Positions 1-10,509 of a DNA stretch of 64,000 nt are shown here, one piece after another. The position numbers and the translations under genes are program-made. Numbering within the stretch: position 1 is the first letter of the stretch; the number at the start of each line of letters is the position of its first letter. The DNA comes from Ferruginibacter sp. (GTDB lineage Bacteria > Bacteroidota > Bacteroidia > Chitinophagales > Chitinophagaceae): NCBI GenBank assembly GCA_040006715.1, contig JBDTWL010000011.1:3728-67727 (forward strand). The letters are read 5' to 3'. Below the pieces are notes generated by a model that was not told the DNA's origin, searched no databases, and saw only the letters and a list, made by a program, of their open reading frames with translations.

Positions 1-24
1 TATATTTCACCAAACCTAAAAAAA

Positions 25-627
25 ATGAACATGAAAAAATTAATTGAAGGAAGCATATTATTCGTATCCGGCCTGTTGATAATAGCAGGATGTAACGACA
101 ACAGCAGCAGTTCAACAACCGTTACCGACACTTCTACACTCGTCAAATTAGAAGACAGTGCCAAAATGGGTACACAAAAAATAAATACAGGTGAGGTCGC
201 TGCTATGCAAAATGATTTTGTGAATAAAGCAGCTATGGGTGGAATGATGGAAGTTGAGTTGGGCAGGTATGCACAGGCGAATGCAGGGAGCCAGGGCGTA
301 AAGGATTATGGCAAAATGCTTGAAACCGATCACTCAGAAGCCAACCAGCAATTAAAGTCTATTGCAGCTTCAAAGAATATTTCCGTACCAACCGATATGG
401 GCGAAGAACATAATATGCATGTTAAACAAATGGAAAGCATGAAGGGAGCTGATTTCGATAAAGCTTATATCACTATGATGGTGGAAGATCATGTTAAGGA
501 TATCGAGGAATTTAAAAAAGCCGCCGCTGAAAACAGCGATCCGGATGTCAGGAAATTTGCCGCTGATAAATTACCTACACTTCAGGGTCATCTTGCAAAA
601 GCAAAATTGTTGAAATCTAAATTCTGA
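25..627 (+). CDS. DUF4142 domain lipoprotein (ferritin-like fold)
   Basis: Lipobox-like LIIAGC; AAMGGMMEVELG, DHSEAN and FDKAYITMMVEDH motifs typical of DUF4142. Confidence 0.85.
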   Translation: MNMKKLIEGSILFVSGLLIIAGCNDNSSSSTTVTDTSTLVKLEDSAKMGTQKINTGEVAAMQNDFVNKAAMGGMMEVELGRYAQANAGSQGVKDYGKMLETDHSEANQQLKSIAASKNISVPTDMGEEHNMHVKQMESMKGADFDKAYITMMVEDHVKDIEEFKKAAAENSDPDVRKFAADKLPTLQGHLAKAKLLKSKF

Positions 628-651
628 TCTTCATTTTTTGAACATATATCC

Positions 652-678
652 AGGCTGCAGAAATGCAGCCTTTTTTTT
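652..678 (+). terminator. Rho-independent terminator
   Basis: AGGCTGCA-GAAA-TGCAGCCT hairpin followed by a T run, 25 nt after the stop. Confidence 0.85.
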
Positions 679-807
679 ATCGGATTGTATTCCAGGTACC
701 CGTTTCTGCTAAAAACTTCTTATAAAGTTTAAGGCCGTTTACAAATAAATCTTATTTTTATAAAAAATATTTAACGCAAAAGCTAGCCTAATTTATTTTA
801 CCCGGAC

Positions 808-3504
808 ATGAGAATGTTATTCCTACACTTAAAGACTGCTTTTATTTTTTTGCTGATCTTTATCACAGCAAGCAGCCTTTATTGTCAGCCACAAAATAAA
901 AGTATAAAAGAATACCTCAATCCCGATGGAACGCTTCAGCTTAACCGTGGCTTTAATGGCACTTTGAATGCCGCAGGTTATACGATGGGCTATCAAACCA
1001 ATGGCGCACCTTTTTTCCAGCCTGCAAGTGCTGGTGATGAAAAATGGGATTCAACTTTTAATACTCCTGGTGTGAATGGAGTTGTGTATGCAGTATTGAT
1101 CAATGGCAATGATGTGTATTTTGGAGGTGTCTTCACAAAGGCGGGCGGGATTGCAGCAAATCATATCGCAAAATGGAATGCCAGTGGCTGGTCTGCTTTA
1201 GGCACTGGTGTTAACTTACGCGTAAATGGATTACTATTTATAGGAACAGACCTGTATGCTGCCGGTAATGAAGGCGTTTCAAAATGGAACGGCAGCACCT
1301 GGACAATTATAGGCACAGTTGCGGATCCTCAGCAGGGTAATCTTTATGCAGGCAGTCTTGCAAAAGATGCGTCCAATAATTTATATGTCACAGGTGCATT
1401 TGGTTCTATTAATGGGGTTATTGCTAACAGTGTTGCCAAATGGAATGGTATTTCATGGACTGCTTTAGGCACAGGCCTTCAAAACCCTAATGGTGAATAT
1501 CTTACTGATGTGGAAGTATTGGGCACAGATGTTTATGTATCCGGTGGATTTGAACATATGGGAAGTGTAGCGGCAAAAAATGTGGCTAAATGGAATGGGA
1601 CGGCCTGGAGTGCTTTAAGTTCAGGTTTGGAAGGAACGGGCAGTGCTTATATTGCCGTAGCCGGGGGTTATTTATATGCTACCGGCGAATTTGATCTCGC
1701 AGGTGCTGTGCCGGTAAATAATGCAGCCCGGTGGAATGGAACTTCCTGGTCGGCATTAGGCAATGGCCTAAACAATGATCCTGTAGAGTCACTTTTTTCA
1801 GATGGAACAAATATCTATGTTTCCGGCGGCTTTGATATGGCCGGAACTGTACCTGCAGATGGGATAGCAAAATGGGATGGTACAACCTGGAGCGCTGTTC
1901 CCAGGACAGGGTTAACATTTGATGGTAAATTTATTACTGCCATGGCAGTTGCTCCCGGTAAGTTTTTCCTGGGAGGCTCAACAGATCTCAATGCCCCATT
2001 GGATATGCACAACATTGCAAGCTGGAATGGAAGTTCCTGGCAGGTAATAGGAAATGGTATGGGCGATGCCAATACTGATTTTATCAATTGTGTTACGGTT
2101 GATGGAACGGATGTATATGTTGGTGGAAATTTTGTACGTGCCGGGGGTGTATTGGCAAACGGGATCGCCAAATGGGATGGGAATAAATGGAGTGCATTGG
2201 GTGCCGGATTTTTTGGGCAGGTATATGATATCGCAGTGATCGGCACAAAGGTTTTTGCCAGCGGTGCTTTTGGCTCATCCGCTGGCGTTAGTATTCCTTA
2301 TATTGCTGTCTGGGATGGAACAATATGGGATACTGTTGGTACAGGAATGAATGGCAAGGTCTGGGCATTGGAAGTTTATAACAATGAATTATATGCAGGT
2401 GGCGAATTTACAACTGCCGGTGGAATAAGCGCCAGGGGAATTGCAAAATGGAATGGAACAGCCTGGAACGCTTTTGGCAATGGATTTAATAATACAGTAA
2501 GGGATATTAAAATTGCTACTAACGGTACCGTATACGCGTGCGGTGATTTTACTTTTGCAGGCACCGTGCCGGCTGCCCGTGTGGCCAAATGGAACGGTAC
2601 TGCATGGTCAGCCGTTGGAGATGGATTCCAGGCAACCACTGTTCATTGTCTGGCCCTCAGCCCTACGGGTGAGTTATATGCAGGAGGTGGATTTATTGTT
2701 ACCGGTAACGGGGTGTTGGTAAATTCCATCTCCCGGTTCAATGGCACATCCTGGCAGCCTATGGGAACCGGTATGTCAACTAATGCCCGCATTTATAATA
2801 TTACATTCAATGGCACGGATATGTACGTTGCCGGAACTTTTACAACTGCCGGGGGCATTATTGCAAACAACCTGGCCAGGTGGGATGGCAGCAGTTGGAG
2901 CGCTGTAGGTTCCGGTTTGGATAAAGACCCTACCGGTTATGCAACTGTAATGGGCCTTGTAATTGTTGAAGAAAAACTGATGCTGGGCGGATATTTTTCT
3001 TATGCCGGCGGAAGAAGAGCTGACAAATTTGTTTCGTATGCTATCAGCTCGCAGGCAGGTATAAACCATACTTTATGTGCTAACGGAAATACGGTCATTA
3101 CATCAAATATCACAGGCAGCAGTTATCAATGGCAGGCAAACAGCGGCAGCGGCTTTGCAAATATTGCTGATAATGTAAATTATGCCGGCACCAATACCTC
3201 GTCATTACAATTGACAAATATCCCAACCTCCTCGTATGGCTATCAATACCGTTGTTCGGTGAATACAGATGTGAGCAGTATCTACCTGTTGAATTTTTCA
3301 AATACCTGGACAGGGACTGTAAATAGTTTTTGGTCAACCCCGGGCAATTGGAGTTGCGGCACGGTACCTGATGCCAATACGAATGTGACCATCAATAGCG
3401 GGCCGGTAATTGTTACTGTAAATGGTACATGCAGAACGTTGCGCCTTGCGCCCGGTATAAGTTTTACTGTGAACAGCGGTATCAGTTTTATTATAACACA
3501 CTAA
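808..3504 (+). CDS. Secreted repeat beta-propeller protein (W[ND]GxxWxxLG repeats) with C-terminal Ig-like and TWTG..NWSCG domains
   Basis: Signal peptide; about 13 repeats of roughly 50-55 aa (e.g. KWNGTAWSALS). Confidence 0.75.
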   Translation: MRMLFLHLKTAFIFLLIFITASSLYCQPQNKSIKEYLNPDGTLQLNRGFNGTLNAAGYTMGYQTNGAPFFQPASAGDEKWDSTFNTPGVNGVVYAVLINGNDVYFGGVFTKAGGIAANHIAKWNASGWSALGTGVNLRVNGLLFIGTDLYAAGNEGVSKWNGSTWTIIGTVADPQQGNLYAGSLAKDASNNLYVTGAFGSINGVIANSVAKWNGISWTALGTGLQNPNGEYLTDVEVLGTDVYVSGGFEHMGSVAAKNVAKWNGTAWSALSSGLEGTGSAYIAVAGGYLYATGEFDLAGAVPVNNAARWNGTSWSALGNGLNNDPVESLFSDGTNIYVSGGFDMAGTVPADGIAKWDGTTWSAVPRTGLTFDGKFITAMAVAPGKFFLGGSTDLNAPLDMHNIASWNGSSWQVIGNGMGDANTDFINCVTVDGTDVYVGGNFVRAGGVLANGIAKWDGNKWSALGAGFFGQVYDIAVIGTKVFASGAFGSSAGVSIPYIAVWDGTIWDTVGTGMNGKVWALEVYNNELYAGGEFTTAGGISARGIAKWNGTAWNAFGNGFNNTVRDIKIATNGTVYACGDFTFAGTVPAARVAKWNGTAWSAVGDGFQATTVHCLALSPTGELYAGGGFIVTGNGVLVNSISRFNGTSWQPMGTGMSTNARIYNITFNGTDMYVAGTFTTAGGIIANNLARWDGSSWSAVGSGLDKDPTGYATVMGLVIVEEKLMLGGYFSYAGGRRADKFVSYAISSQAGINHTLCANGNTVITSNITGSSYQWQANSGSGFANIADNVNYAGTNTSSLQLTNIPTSSYGYQYRCSVNTDVSSIYLLNFSNTWTGTVNSFWSTPGNWSCGTVPDANTNVTINSGPVIVTVNGTCRTLRLAPGISFTVNSGISFIITH

Positions 3505-3512
3505 TAACAGCT

Positions 3513-3872
3513 TTACATAAAGAACTCCTCAGAAATGATCTTGCCATCTTTTAACCGGTAAACGCACAGCTCAGACATATTCATTCTCTCCTGCCCTTTC
3601 ATCGTAACATCCATTGACATTGTCATTGCAAAAGAATTATTTGCAATGATCGGCTCAGATACGGACAGGCTGTGCATGGTTTCAGTAATTGATTTAAATT
3701 TCTCTCCTTTTTCGAGGATCTTATCGAGGCCCTTTGTCTCTTTTTCAAAAGCCGGGCTGGCCTGGGGCTCAATGCTGACAGCATCGGTTGAAAACAATTC
3801 TTTTTGCGCAGTTTCAAAATCTCCCTTTGCACACAGCTCAGCGAGGCGGGAAGCTATTTCTTTTGTTGTCAT
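3513..3872 (-). CDS. SnoaL-like / NTF2-family protein
   Basis: 119 aa; DAVSIEP...GLDKILEKG...MSELCVYRLKDGKIISEEFF pattern. Confidence 0.8.
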   Translation of the reverse strand: MTTKEIASRLAELCAKGDFETAQKELFSTDAVSIEPQASPAFEKETKGLDKILEKGEKFKSITETMHSLSVSEPIIANNSFAMTMSMDVTMKGQERMNMSELCVYRLKDGKIISEEFFM

Positions 3873-4089
3873 GATCCTGGTTTTGATGATAAAAAATAAA
3901 GTTATTCATTTTGTTTATGCCGGAGTTGGCTAGAAAGCATGAAAAATAAAAAAAACTATTGTTCAGTTCAATTGATGGAAATTCGGTACACTGCATCTGA
4001 TTAAAATATTTACATGTTTTCCATTTATTAACCACAAAAATGCCGCCAATAAATTCCTTCCTGGAAAATTTGTTATTGTATATTTAAAG

Positions 4090-5418
4090 ATGCAAAAAAC
4101 AACAGGGCCTGCGCTCAAACGGGAGATCGGAGCTTCGGCACTCGCTTTAAATGCCATTAACCTTACCATTGGAGCAGGCATTTTTGTTTTACCGGCGATC
4201 GTTGCGGAGAATCTTGGCCCGGCAAGTTTTGTTGCATATATCTCCTGCGGCGTTCTTGTTATTTTGATCATGCTATGTTTTGCTGAGGTAGGGAGCAAAA
4301 TCACCACTTCAGGAGGAGCCTATGCATATGTTGAAAAAGCATTTGGCCCATTGGCGGGCTTTCTGATCAATACTCTTTTCTGGTTTGGCTTTTGTTGTTT
4401 GGCAGACGCAGCTGTTATCAATGCACTCACAGACATGCTTGCAATTTGGTTTCCTGTTTTTTCCTTAACATATATCCGGGTCATTTTTTTTATTGCATCC
4501 TATGCCCTGTTATCATGGGTCAATATCCGTGGTGCAAAAGAGGGAGCTGTGTTTGCCGGTATAGCAACAATATTAAAATTAACACCGCTGCTGTTAATGA
4601 TCATCATTGGATTCTTTCATATATCCCCGGGGAACCTGGCAATAAAAACCTGGCCCGGGATATCAAGTATCGGTGATACTTCTCTTATTCTTTTTTTTGC
4701 TTTCATGGGAACTGAATCAGCTTTAAGTAACAGCGGGGAAATAAAAGATCCACAAAAAAACATACCTAAAGGGATCTTCTGGGGAGTTATGGGAGTATTG
4801 ATCATGTACCTCCTGTTACAATTTGTTTCCCAGGGAGTGATGGGCGACCAGTTGCCAAAATTTAAAGACGCTCCCTTGGCTGCAATGGCATTGAAGTTGA
4901 TCGGCCCGGTTGGAGGTACTATCATTTTAATTACCAGTGTGGTCTCTATGTTCGGAATGCTGAGCGGGGACGTTTTAGCAACTCCAAGGATCTTGTTTGC
5001 TGCCTCCAGGGATCAGTTGCTTCCCGGTTTTCTTGGGAAAGTACATTCAAAATATTCAACTCCTTACTGGTCAATTATTGTTTATAGTTTAATTGTAGTG
5101 CTACTTGCATCCAGTGGAGGATTCAAACAGCTGGCGGTCTTAGCCAGTTCATCCGTATTATTTATTTACCTGGCTGTTGTATTAGCAACGATCAGGTTAA
5201 GGTATAAAAAAGAAGTTGCAGAAAAGGAAGGTTTTAAAATACCGGGAGGATTAACAGTGCCGATACTTGCCATTTGCACGATCGGCTGGTTCTTATCTCA
5301 TATTACAAAAGACGAGATCAAAGGGTTTGCAATATTTTTTGTTCTGCTAACCCTTGTTTATTTTATCCGCAGGGAACTCAGGAAAAAATACATTCAAAAT
5401 ATGAACAATTTAAAATAA
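4090..5418 (+). CDS. APC-family amino acid permease
   Basis: TIGAGIF, GGAY and FAFMGTE motifs; about 12 hydrophobic segments. Confidence 0.9.
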   Translation: MQKTTGPALKREIGASALALNAINLTIGAGIFVLPAIVAENLGPASFVAYISCGVLVILIMLCFAEVGSKITTSGGAYAYVEKAFGPLAGFLINTLFWFGFCCLADAAVINALTDMLAIWFPVFSLTYIRVIFFIASYALLSWVNIRGAKEGAVFAGIATILKLTPLLLMIIIGFFHISPGNLAIKTWPGISSIGDTSLILFFAFMGTESALSNSGEIKDPQKNIPKGIFWGVMGVLIMYLLLQFVSQGVMGDQLPKFKDAPLAAMALKLIGPVGGTIILITSVVSMFGMLSGDVLATPRILFAASRDQLLPGFLGKVHSKYSTPYWSIIVYSLIVVLLASSGGFKQLAVLASSSVLFIYLAVVLATIRLRYKKEVAEKEGFKIPGGLTVPILAICTIGWFLSHITKDEIKGFAIFFVLLTLVYFIRRELRKKYIQNMNNLK

Positions 5419-5424
5419 TAAATC

Positions 5425-5739
5425 ATGAAATTGATCAAAACAATATTACTTGTAATTTTTGTTTCATTCCAAACAACTTCTTTTTCACAAAATACGGGGA
5501 AGGAAAGCTGTAAGATATTACGGGATTGCAGGCTTAAATACCTCGACATTGAGGATACAACTTCCTATGTTATTATTAAAGATACGGCCCATATAGAATA
5601 TCATGATGCCGGTAAATATTATATACGATCAACATTAAAATGGCTAAATGATTGCGATTATGATATGACCATGACAGAAATTACCATCCCCGGTTTTCCT
5701 TTTCACCCGGGAGACATCAGAGATGAAGAAACTTTATAG
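5425..5739 (+). CDS. Exported hypothetical protein, possibly C-terminally truncated
   Basis: Signal peptide, KWLNDCDY motif; stop lies 18 nt before the tRNA. Confidence 0.6.
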   Translation: MKLIKTILLVIFVSFQTTSFSQNTGKESCKILRDCRLKYLDIEDTTSYVIIKDTAHIEYHDAGKYYIRSTLKWLNDCDYDMTMTEITIPGFPFHPGDIRDEETL

Positions 5740-5757
5740 CGTTGCATTTTTGTGAAT

Positions 5758-5830
<73 letters not shown>

Positions 5831-6044
5831 CTTATATTTCTTTTTATTGAATGGTTATAATAATTGAACCTAACGTAAGCCCAGGTTTACAGTCAGGCAG
5901 GAAAAGAATCGAGTCAAAATTTCAATTACCAATATTATTTTTAGCGAAAATAGGGTACTTACGCTTTGCCAGAGTTAAAAATTATTATGCACTACAACAA
6001 AGAACCTGGTTGCAATTTATGATGATGACCAGCTGTACGAATTG

Positions 6045-6180
6045 AATACACTTACTATCCAGTGTTGCGAAAGCCATAGCATGGTCCTGGTAAAGCGTTA
6101 CAACGGCCCCGGGCTGTATGTGCCAGGAGCATTTACGCCTAATAGTGATGGCACAAATGACTTTTTGAAAGTTTTCCCGG
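6045..6180 (+). pseudogene. Remnant of a gliding-motility-associated (CHU_C, T9SS type B) C-terminal domain
   Basis: Reads GPGLYVPGAFTPNSDGTNDFLKVFP, then degenerates into the 3' end of the opposite-strand M16 gene; no upstream body. Confidence 0.65.
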
Positions 6181-6248
6181 CAGAGGTGATAATGAGTAAT
6201 ATCCAGTCTAAAAACTTGTTTTCACTTTCATCAGACATGTCCCTGTCC

Positions 6249-9200
6249 CTATTTCCCTGTTATCCAATAATCCCTGGGATAGATACGGTATAGTTTTGTA
6301 TCGCTGCCCTCAACAGATTGCAGGTATGCTTCGTAGGCAGTCATTTGTTTTTCATTACCAATAACGTAAAAGATGCCTCCTTCCACATCTTTGGATTTAA
6401 TCCCATAGCCCGGGAGTATCTTCTCATAAACAATATCTTTTCTCTTATATAATTCTTCAACAAGGTTTGGCATCTTCCTTAACTCCAGTATTCCGGAACG
6501 AAAATGCCTGATCACGTCCGGTGTGTATCCATCTGTAATATCTGCAGCCATGGCTTCTACCCTTCCTTCATAATCATTTGCCGCACGGGTACGGAATGCA
6601 CCGGCGATCACATACTCACCAAGGCTTGGATCGACCGGGGATCTTTTTATTTCATCAATTACAAAACGAAGTGTTTGAGGCAGTTCCGGTGTGCGTTCTG
6701 CATAATAATTGAACAGCCCGGCTCCTAAACTCGTACCAACACCTGTGCTATAAGATAATCCGGCTCCCGTGGTCTTGGTATAAACACTTTGCTTGCCGCC
6801 GCCTCCATAAAGGCCAGCCGCTAAAAACCGAAGCAGGCTTTCCCTGTTCGTTTCATTATAGGAAACAAGTTTTGCAGAATTCATAAAAACCCCTGTTTGG
6901 GAATTTGGGTTCATCAAACCCACAAAGACGGGCTTTTGAGTTGTTGCCAGCCTTGCCTTCACCCGTTCATCAACAAGATCTTTATTTCCATAAGAAACTT
7001 TTACAAGCACTGAATTATCAAGACCACTTACAAGTGACAGGATATCATTATTGAGTTTTTGCTGTGTTGAACCGGAGGAGACCATGAACATCCTGGCCGC
7101 CCCTTTTTTCATTATACTTTTACGCAGGGCCTCCAGTTCAGCCAATGTTCTTTCGGGACCTTTGGAAAGATCTTTGCTCATTTGATCACATAAATAAGCC
7201 CAGTCCTGCTGCAAAGAATTATCAGGGATATCATTTAATACCTGCTCCAGGTCTTTGGAAGCATCCCCCGCTATTTGTTTAGCGGTGACAGGCAATTCAT
7301 TAAAAGCTGTTATAACATCCTTTAAATTATCGGGCACCAATGAAGTTTTCGATGTATCGCTTTGCAAAGCGCCAAGCAGGTTTTTGCGTTCATCACGGCT
7401 ACCTGTAACTGTTGACAATTCTTTTAAAAATGCTGTTATACTTTTTGTAGTGGCCTCATCACCTGCATCTTTCAGCATCCATTTTAACCGGAAGATATTG
7501 TGCGACCTGGTCAAAAATGAAGTTGTGGATAGTAATAGCGGGTTCTGCTGGCTCATATAAGCGGTTTTTGGATCGCTTACCCAATCTTCTTCGGCACCCT
7601 GCATTTTTTTTCTGATAGCCGCCAGGTTTTGGTCCACAAGGTCCCGGATACGTGAAAGGTTCTCTTTACTCCAATTTGGATGCTGCAGAATAAGTGTCAT
7701 CCATTTTATGGCCCTTTGAGCTTCATCAACATTATTGCCCGAGCCCTTCACAAGCAATTCTGCACGGCCGGTACTAAAATTTGTGCTGTAGCTGCATTGC
7801 AGGGCTAATATCTCCTGCCGTAACAATTCAGTCATAGTTTCATAATCGATGGCCTTACCATCTTTGATCACACCGGTTTCCCGTATAAGTTCAGGAAGGA
7901 TGGCAAGGTAAACCAATTGATCTTCCCTCGTACCATCCAGTTTCAACGCGATCCCGGTCGTAGCGCTTGTCATATTATTGAAGGTCGCTTCCAGCATGTT
8001 TATGTTGCCAGGCAATACCGTTTTTTTGAAATCAAGTTCATCATCCAGTGTCAAAGGAGGATTGTCGATGAATTTTATGATATGGGATTGCTCTGCTTTC
8101 TCAAGTATCGCAGTATTGTTATCATACTCAGCCTTGTATTTAAGGATAGCAGCCTGGTCATCAGCAACATTGTATTTTATCTTTAACCTTGCTATTTCTT
8201 CTTTTACCCGGTCCTTGCGGTCTGCTTCATTTTTATCGATCAGGGCTGCGCTGGCCTTGGTTATAACAGCATAAGGCGTAACGGTTGTAAGTTTCCAGGT
8301 TGCCAGGTAATCTTTCCAGAAATTTTTGCCGGTAGCAAGGAGTACTTCGATCTCATCAAACTGGGGTTTGAGGATGATCGATCTACGGAAGCTTTTTATC
8401 TTACTCATTTCATCCAACTGGGAATACCAGGAATCATATGTATTCCTAAAGCCGAATTTTGGAGGTGTATTTACAAATTTTGCAAGGTTGCGTTTTGTAT
8501 CGGTCAGGCTGTTCCTGAACCTGTTGTTGAATTCCTTTAATTCAGGTGAATTGTCTTTAAATGAGGCTATGCGTAACAGCTCGTTCATTATTTTTTGTCG
8601 TACCAGTTCAGCTTTTTCTGTTGTAAGGTTAGCCGACGCAATATCATCCACTCCTATAAATACCGGCTGTCCCATGTTATCATCAACATAGCCGTATATA
8701 CTTTGTGCCCCCAGGTCAATTTCACGCGTCTTACTGTCAATGAATTTTTTGTACAAATTCGTATTTGCATCGCCGGCAAAGACCGACATAAAATTTGCAA
8801 GCAACAATTCTTCTGTAGCATTCAATTGGCGTTCGGCAGGAAATGTAAACAACATATTTCCGGGGCCCTGCTCGTTCTTGCCGGGGTAATCTGCCACAAC
8901 GATCTTACCCGCTTCAGCCGGTTGCGGAGGAGGCAACTTTAATTTTTGGGCCCTGGCATGTTTTGCAGGATCGGGATCAAGCCTGTTTAAGATAATGTTT
9001 GTTTCTGCAAGTATGTCTGCGAGCGCCATTGTCCTGGGTAAGGAAGTAATGGCTCCCATGTTCCACAGGTAATAATTTGCATCATGAAAATGCTGGATCT
9101 CTGCAGGGCCCAACTCACGTATCCCTGCCGGGTCACCACCCGCATTAAAAGAAAGCGGGTGCGCATTCCCGTATACTAACCGGCCCATTTTGTCGTATAG

Positions 9201-9827
9201 TTGTGAATAGGGATTGGTCATACTGGTAGTCATCTCATTGTATACAGAACCCTTTTCTTCTATTTTCAATGTTTTATCGGGGTTTTCAGATACACCCCAG
9301 TTACGCACTTCACGGTTCACTTCTTCTGCCGTATAATCAGGGTAGAGCAGCGCATCCAGGTACTTTTCAAATAAGTTGTAAAACACTTTCACACCTGCGC
9401 CTGTATAAAAATTATACGCAGTGTGTAATTGTGAAGTAAATGCATTTGAAACCGCAAGCGACATACCTTCCCTGGTATTTAATTCATGTCCCTTGTTCCC
9501 TTTGGTTATCAGCAGGTGTTCCTGGGTATGAGGCTCCCCCTTACCAGAGACCGGGAAAGTATTCACCCAAATAAATGTCTGCGGAACTGATTCTATTTGC
9601 AAAAGATCAAGTGTAAACCCTGTACGCTCATGAATGAAACGCCCTCCCATTGGCTGGCCGGCATCATTTAAATAAACAGCAATAGCACTGAAGCCATTTA
9701 ATTTTTGCCCTTCAGTAAGATCTGAAAGGGAAATCGTTTTAAGCTGGGCATGGAGGGTATTGAATGCCATAAAAAAGAAGGAAATGTAGAGGCCAACCCA
9801 AATGAGCATTTTCTTTTTAAAATTCAT
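6249..9827 (-). CDS. Exported M16 (insulinase/presequence-protease-like) zinc metallopeptidase
   Basis: Inverted zinc motif HTQEH, EKGSVYNEM (cf. KGVVYNEM of PreP/Cym1), signal peptide, 1192 aa. Confidence 0.8.
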   Translation of the reverse strand: MNFKKKMLIWVGLYISFFFMAFNTLHAQLKTISLSDLTEGQKLNGFSAIAVYLNDAGQPMGGRFIHERTGFTLDLLQIESVPQTFIWVNTFPVSGKGEPHTQEHLLITKGNKGHELNTREGMSLAVSNAFTSQLHTAYNFYTGAGVKVFYNLFEKYLDALLYPDYTAEEVNREVRNWGVSENPDKTLKIEEKGSVYNEMTTSMTNPYSQLYDKMGRLVYGNAHPLSFNAGGDPAGIRELGPAEIQHFHDANYYLWNMGAITSLPRTMALADILAETNIILNRLDPDPAKHARAQKLKLPPPQPAEAGKIVVADYPGKNEQGPGNMLFTFPAERQLNATEELLLANFMSVFAGDANTNLYKKFIDSKTREIDLGAQSIYGYVDDNMGQPVFIGVDDIASANLTTEKAELVRQKIMNELLRIASFKDNSPELKEFNNRFRNSLTDTKRNLAKFVNTPPKFGFRNTYDSWYSQLDEMSKIKSFRRSIILKPQFDEIEVLLATGKNFWKDYLATWKLTTVTPYAVITKASAALIDKNEADRKDRVKEEIARLKIKYNVADDQAAILKYKAEYDNNTAILEKAEQSHIIKFIDNPPLTLDDELDFKKTVLPGNINMLEATFNNMTSATTGIALKLDGTREDQLVYLAILPELIRETGVIKDGKAIDYETMTELLRQEILALQCSYSTNFSTGRAELLVKGSGNNVDEAQRAIKWMTLILQHPNWSKENLSRIRDLVDQNLAAIRKKMQGAEEDWVSDPKTAYMSQQNPLLLSTTSFLTRSHNIFRLKWMLKDAGDEATTKSITAFLKELSTVTGSRDERKNLLGALQSDTSKTSLVPDNLKDVITAFNELPVTAKQIAGDASKDLEQVLNDIPDNSLQQDWAYLCDQMSKDLSKGPERTLAELEALRKSIMKKGAARMFMVSSGSTQQKLNNDILSLVSGLDNSVLVKVSYGNKDLVDERVKARLATTQKPVFVGLMNPNSQTGVFMNSAKLVSYNETNRESLLRFLAAGLYGGGGKQSVYTKTTGAGLSYSTGVGTSLGAGLFNYYAERTPELPQTLRFVIDEIKRSPVDPSLGEYVIAGAFRTRAANDYEGRVEAMAADITDGYTPDVIRHFRSGILELRKMPNLVEELYKRKDIVYEKILPGYGIKSKDVEGGIFYVIGNEKQMTAYEAYLQSVEGSDTKLYRIYPRDYWITGK

Positions 9828-10054
9828 GGTGCAGGGATTTAGTCTGTTAGAAAAGTTTTTAAATGTATGTTATGGGAGGAAGCGGAGGATATTCAGCGGA
9901 TGTGAATTTTTGGAACAGGAAGTTAAACAAAGGAAATGTATTTGAGAATAATTTTAATTGTTTAAAAAATGATCGTTCTATTAAAGCGGCTGGTTTTGTG
10001 GGCCAGGCCGGATAAAACGAGCGCTTATCTTTTCCTATCAATTGGTTAAAAAGT

Positions 10055-10062
10055 TATATTTG
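10055..10062 (+). promoter_or_regulatory. Bacteroidota -7 promoter box
   Basis: TATATTTG matches TAnnTTTG, upstream of the 10117 ORF. Confidence 0.6.
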
Positions 10063-10116
10063 CAACATTATTTCGAATATATTAATTTACTTTACTAAAA
10101 TGAATTATACAATTCT

Positions 10117-10452
10117 TTGTTAAGGTCTGTGTACATAATAAGGTTTCTAGCATGTTTAATGCTGGTCGTTTTTGCAATAAGCATTACGCCAAAAAGGGTT
10201 TTGCATGATGTGTTTGCAAAACATATAGACAACAAGTCTCTAAAAAACAGTGATAGCCCCTACCAGTTCTCAAATTCAGGATATAATTGCGATAATGATA
10301 ACCTCGTAGCAGAATCCAATTTTGTAAGTGACCAACAGGTATTCTCTGTTCCCGTATTCATTTCATTTCCTGCCAATATCCAAAAAGATATTTCTTTCTC
10401 CACCAAACCTGGGATCTATTCAGCACTGCGTGGCCCTCCGGTAAATATTTAG
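10117..10452 (+). CDS. Candidate leader/arrest peptide with signal anchor, His/Cys and C-terminal RGPP
   Basis: TTG start, hydrophobic N-terminus, HDVFAKH and NCD, ends LRGPPVNI; directly upstream of the metal-uptake genes. Confidence 0.7.
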   Translation: MLRSVYIIRFLACLMLVVFAISITPKRVLHDVFAKHIDNKSLKNSDSPYQFSNSGYNCDNDNLVAESNFVSDQQVFSVPVFISFPANIQKDISFSTKPGIYSALRGPPVNI

Positions 10453-10509
10453 TTTGATAAGATGTTGTGACATCTGTGCAACTTATTTTTTCAAAAAATA
10501 AATATTCCC

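Noticed and set aside
5851-6045. 64-aa ORF after tRNA-Lys
   Set aside because: No family motifs; AT-rich degenerate region.
9859-10041. 60-aa ORF ending PPLPP upstream of the M16 gene as an arrest leader
   Set aside because: TTG start, no signal or metal motif, no RAPP/RGPP; likely a chance ORF in a divergent promoter region.
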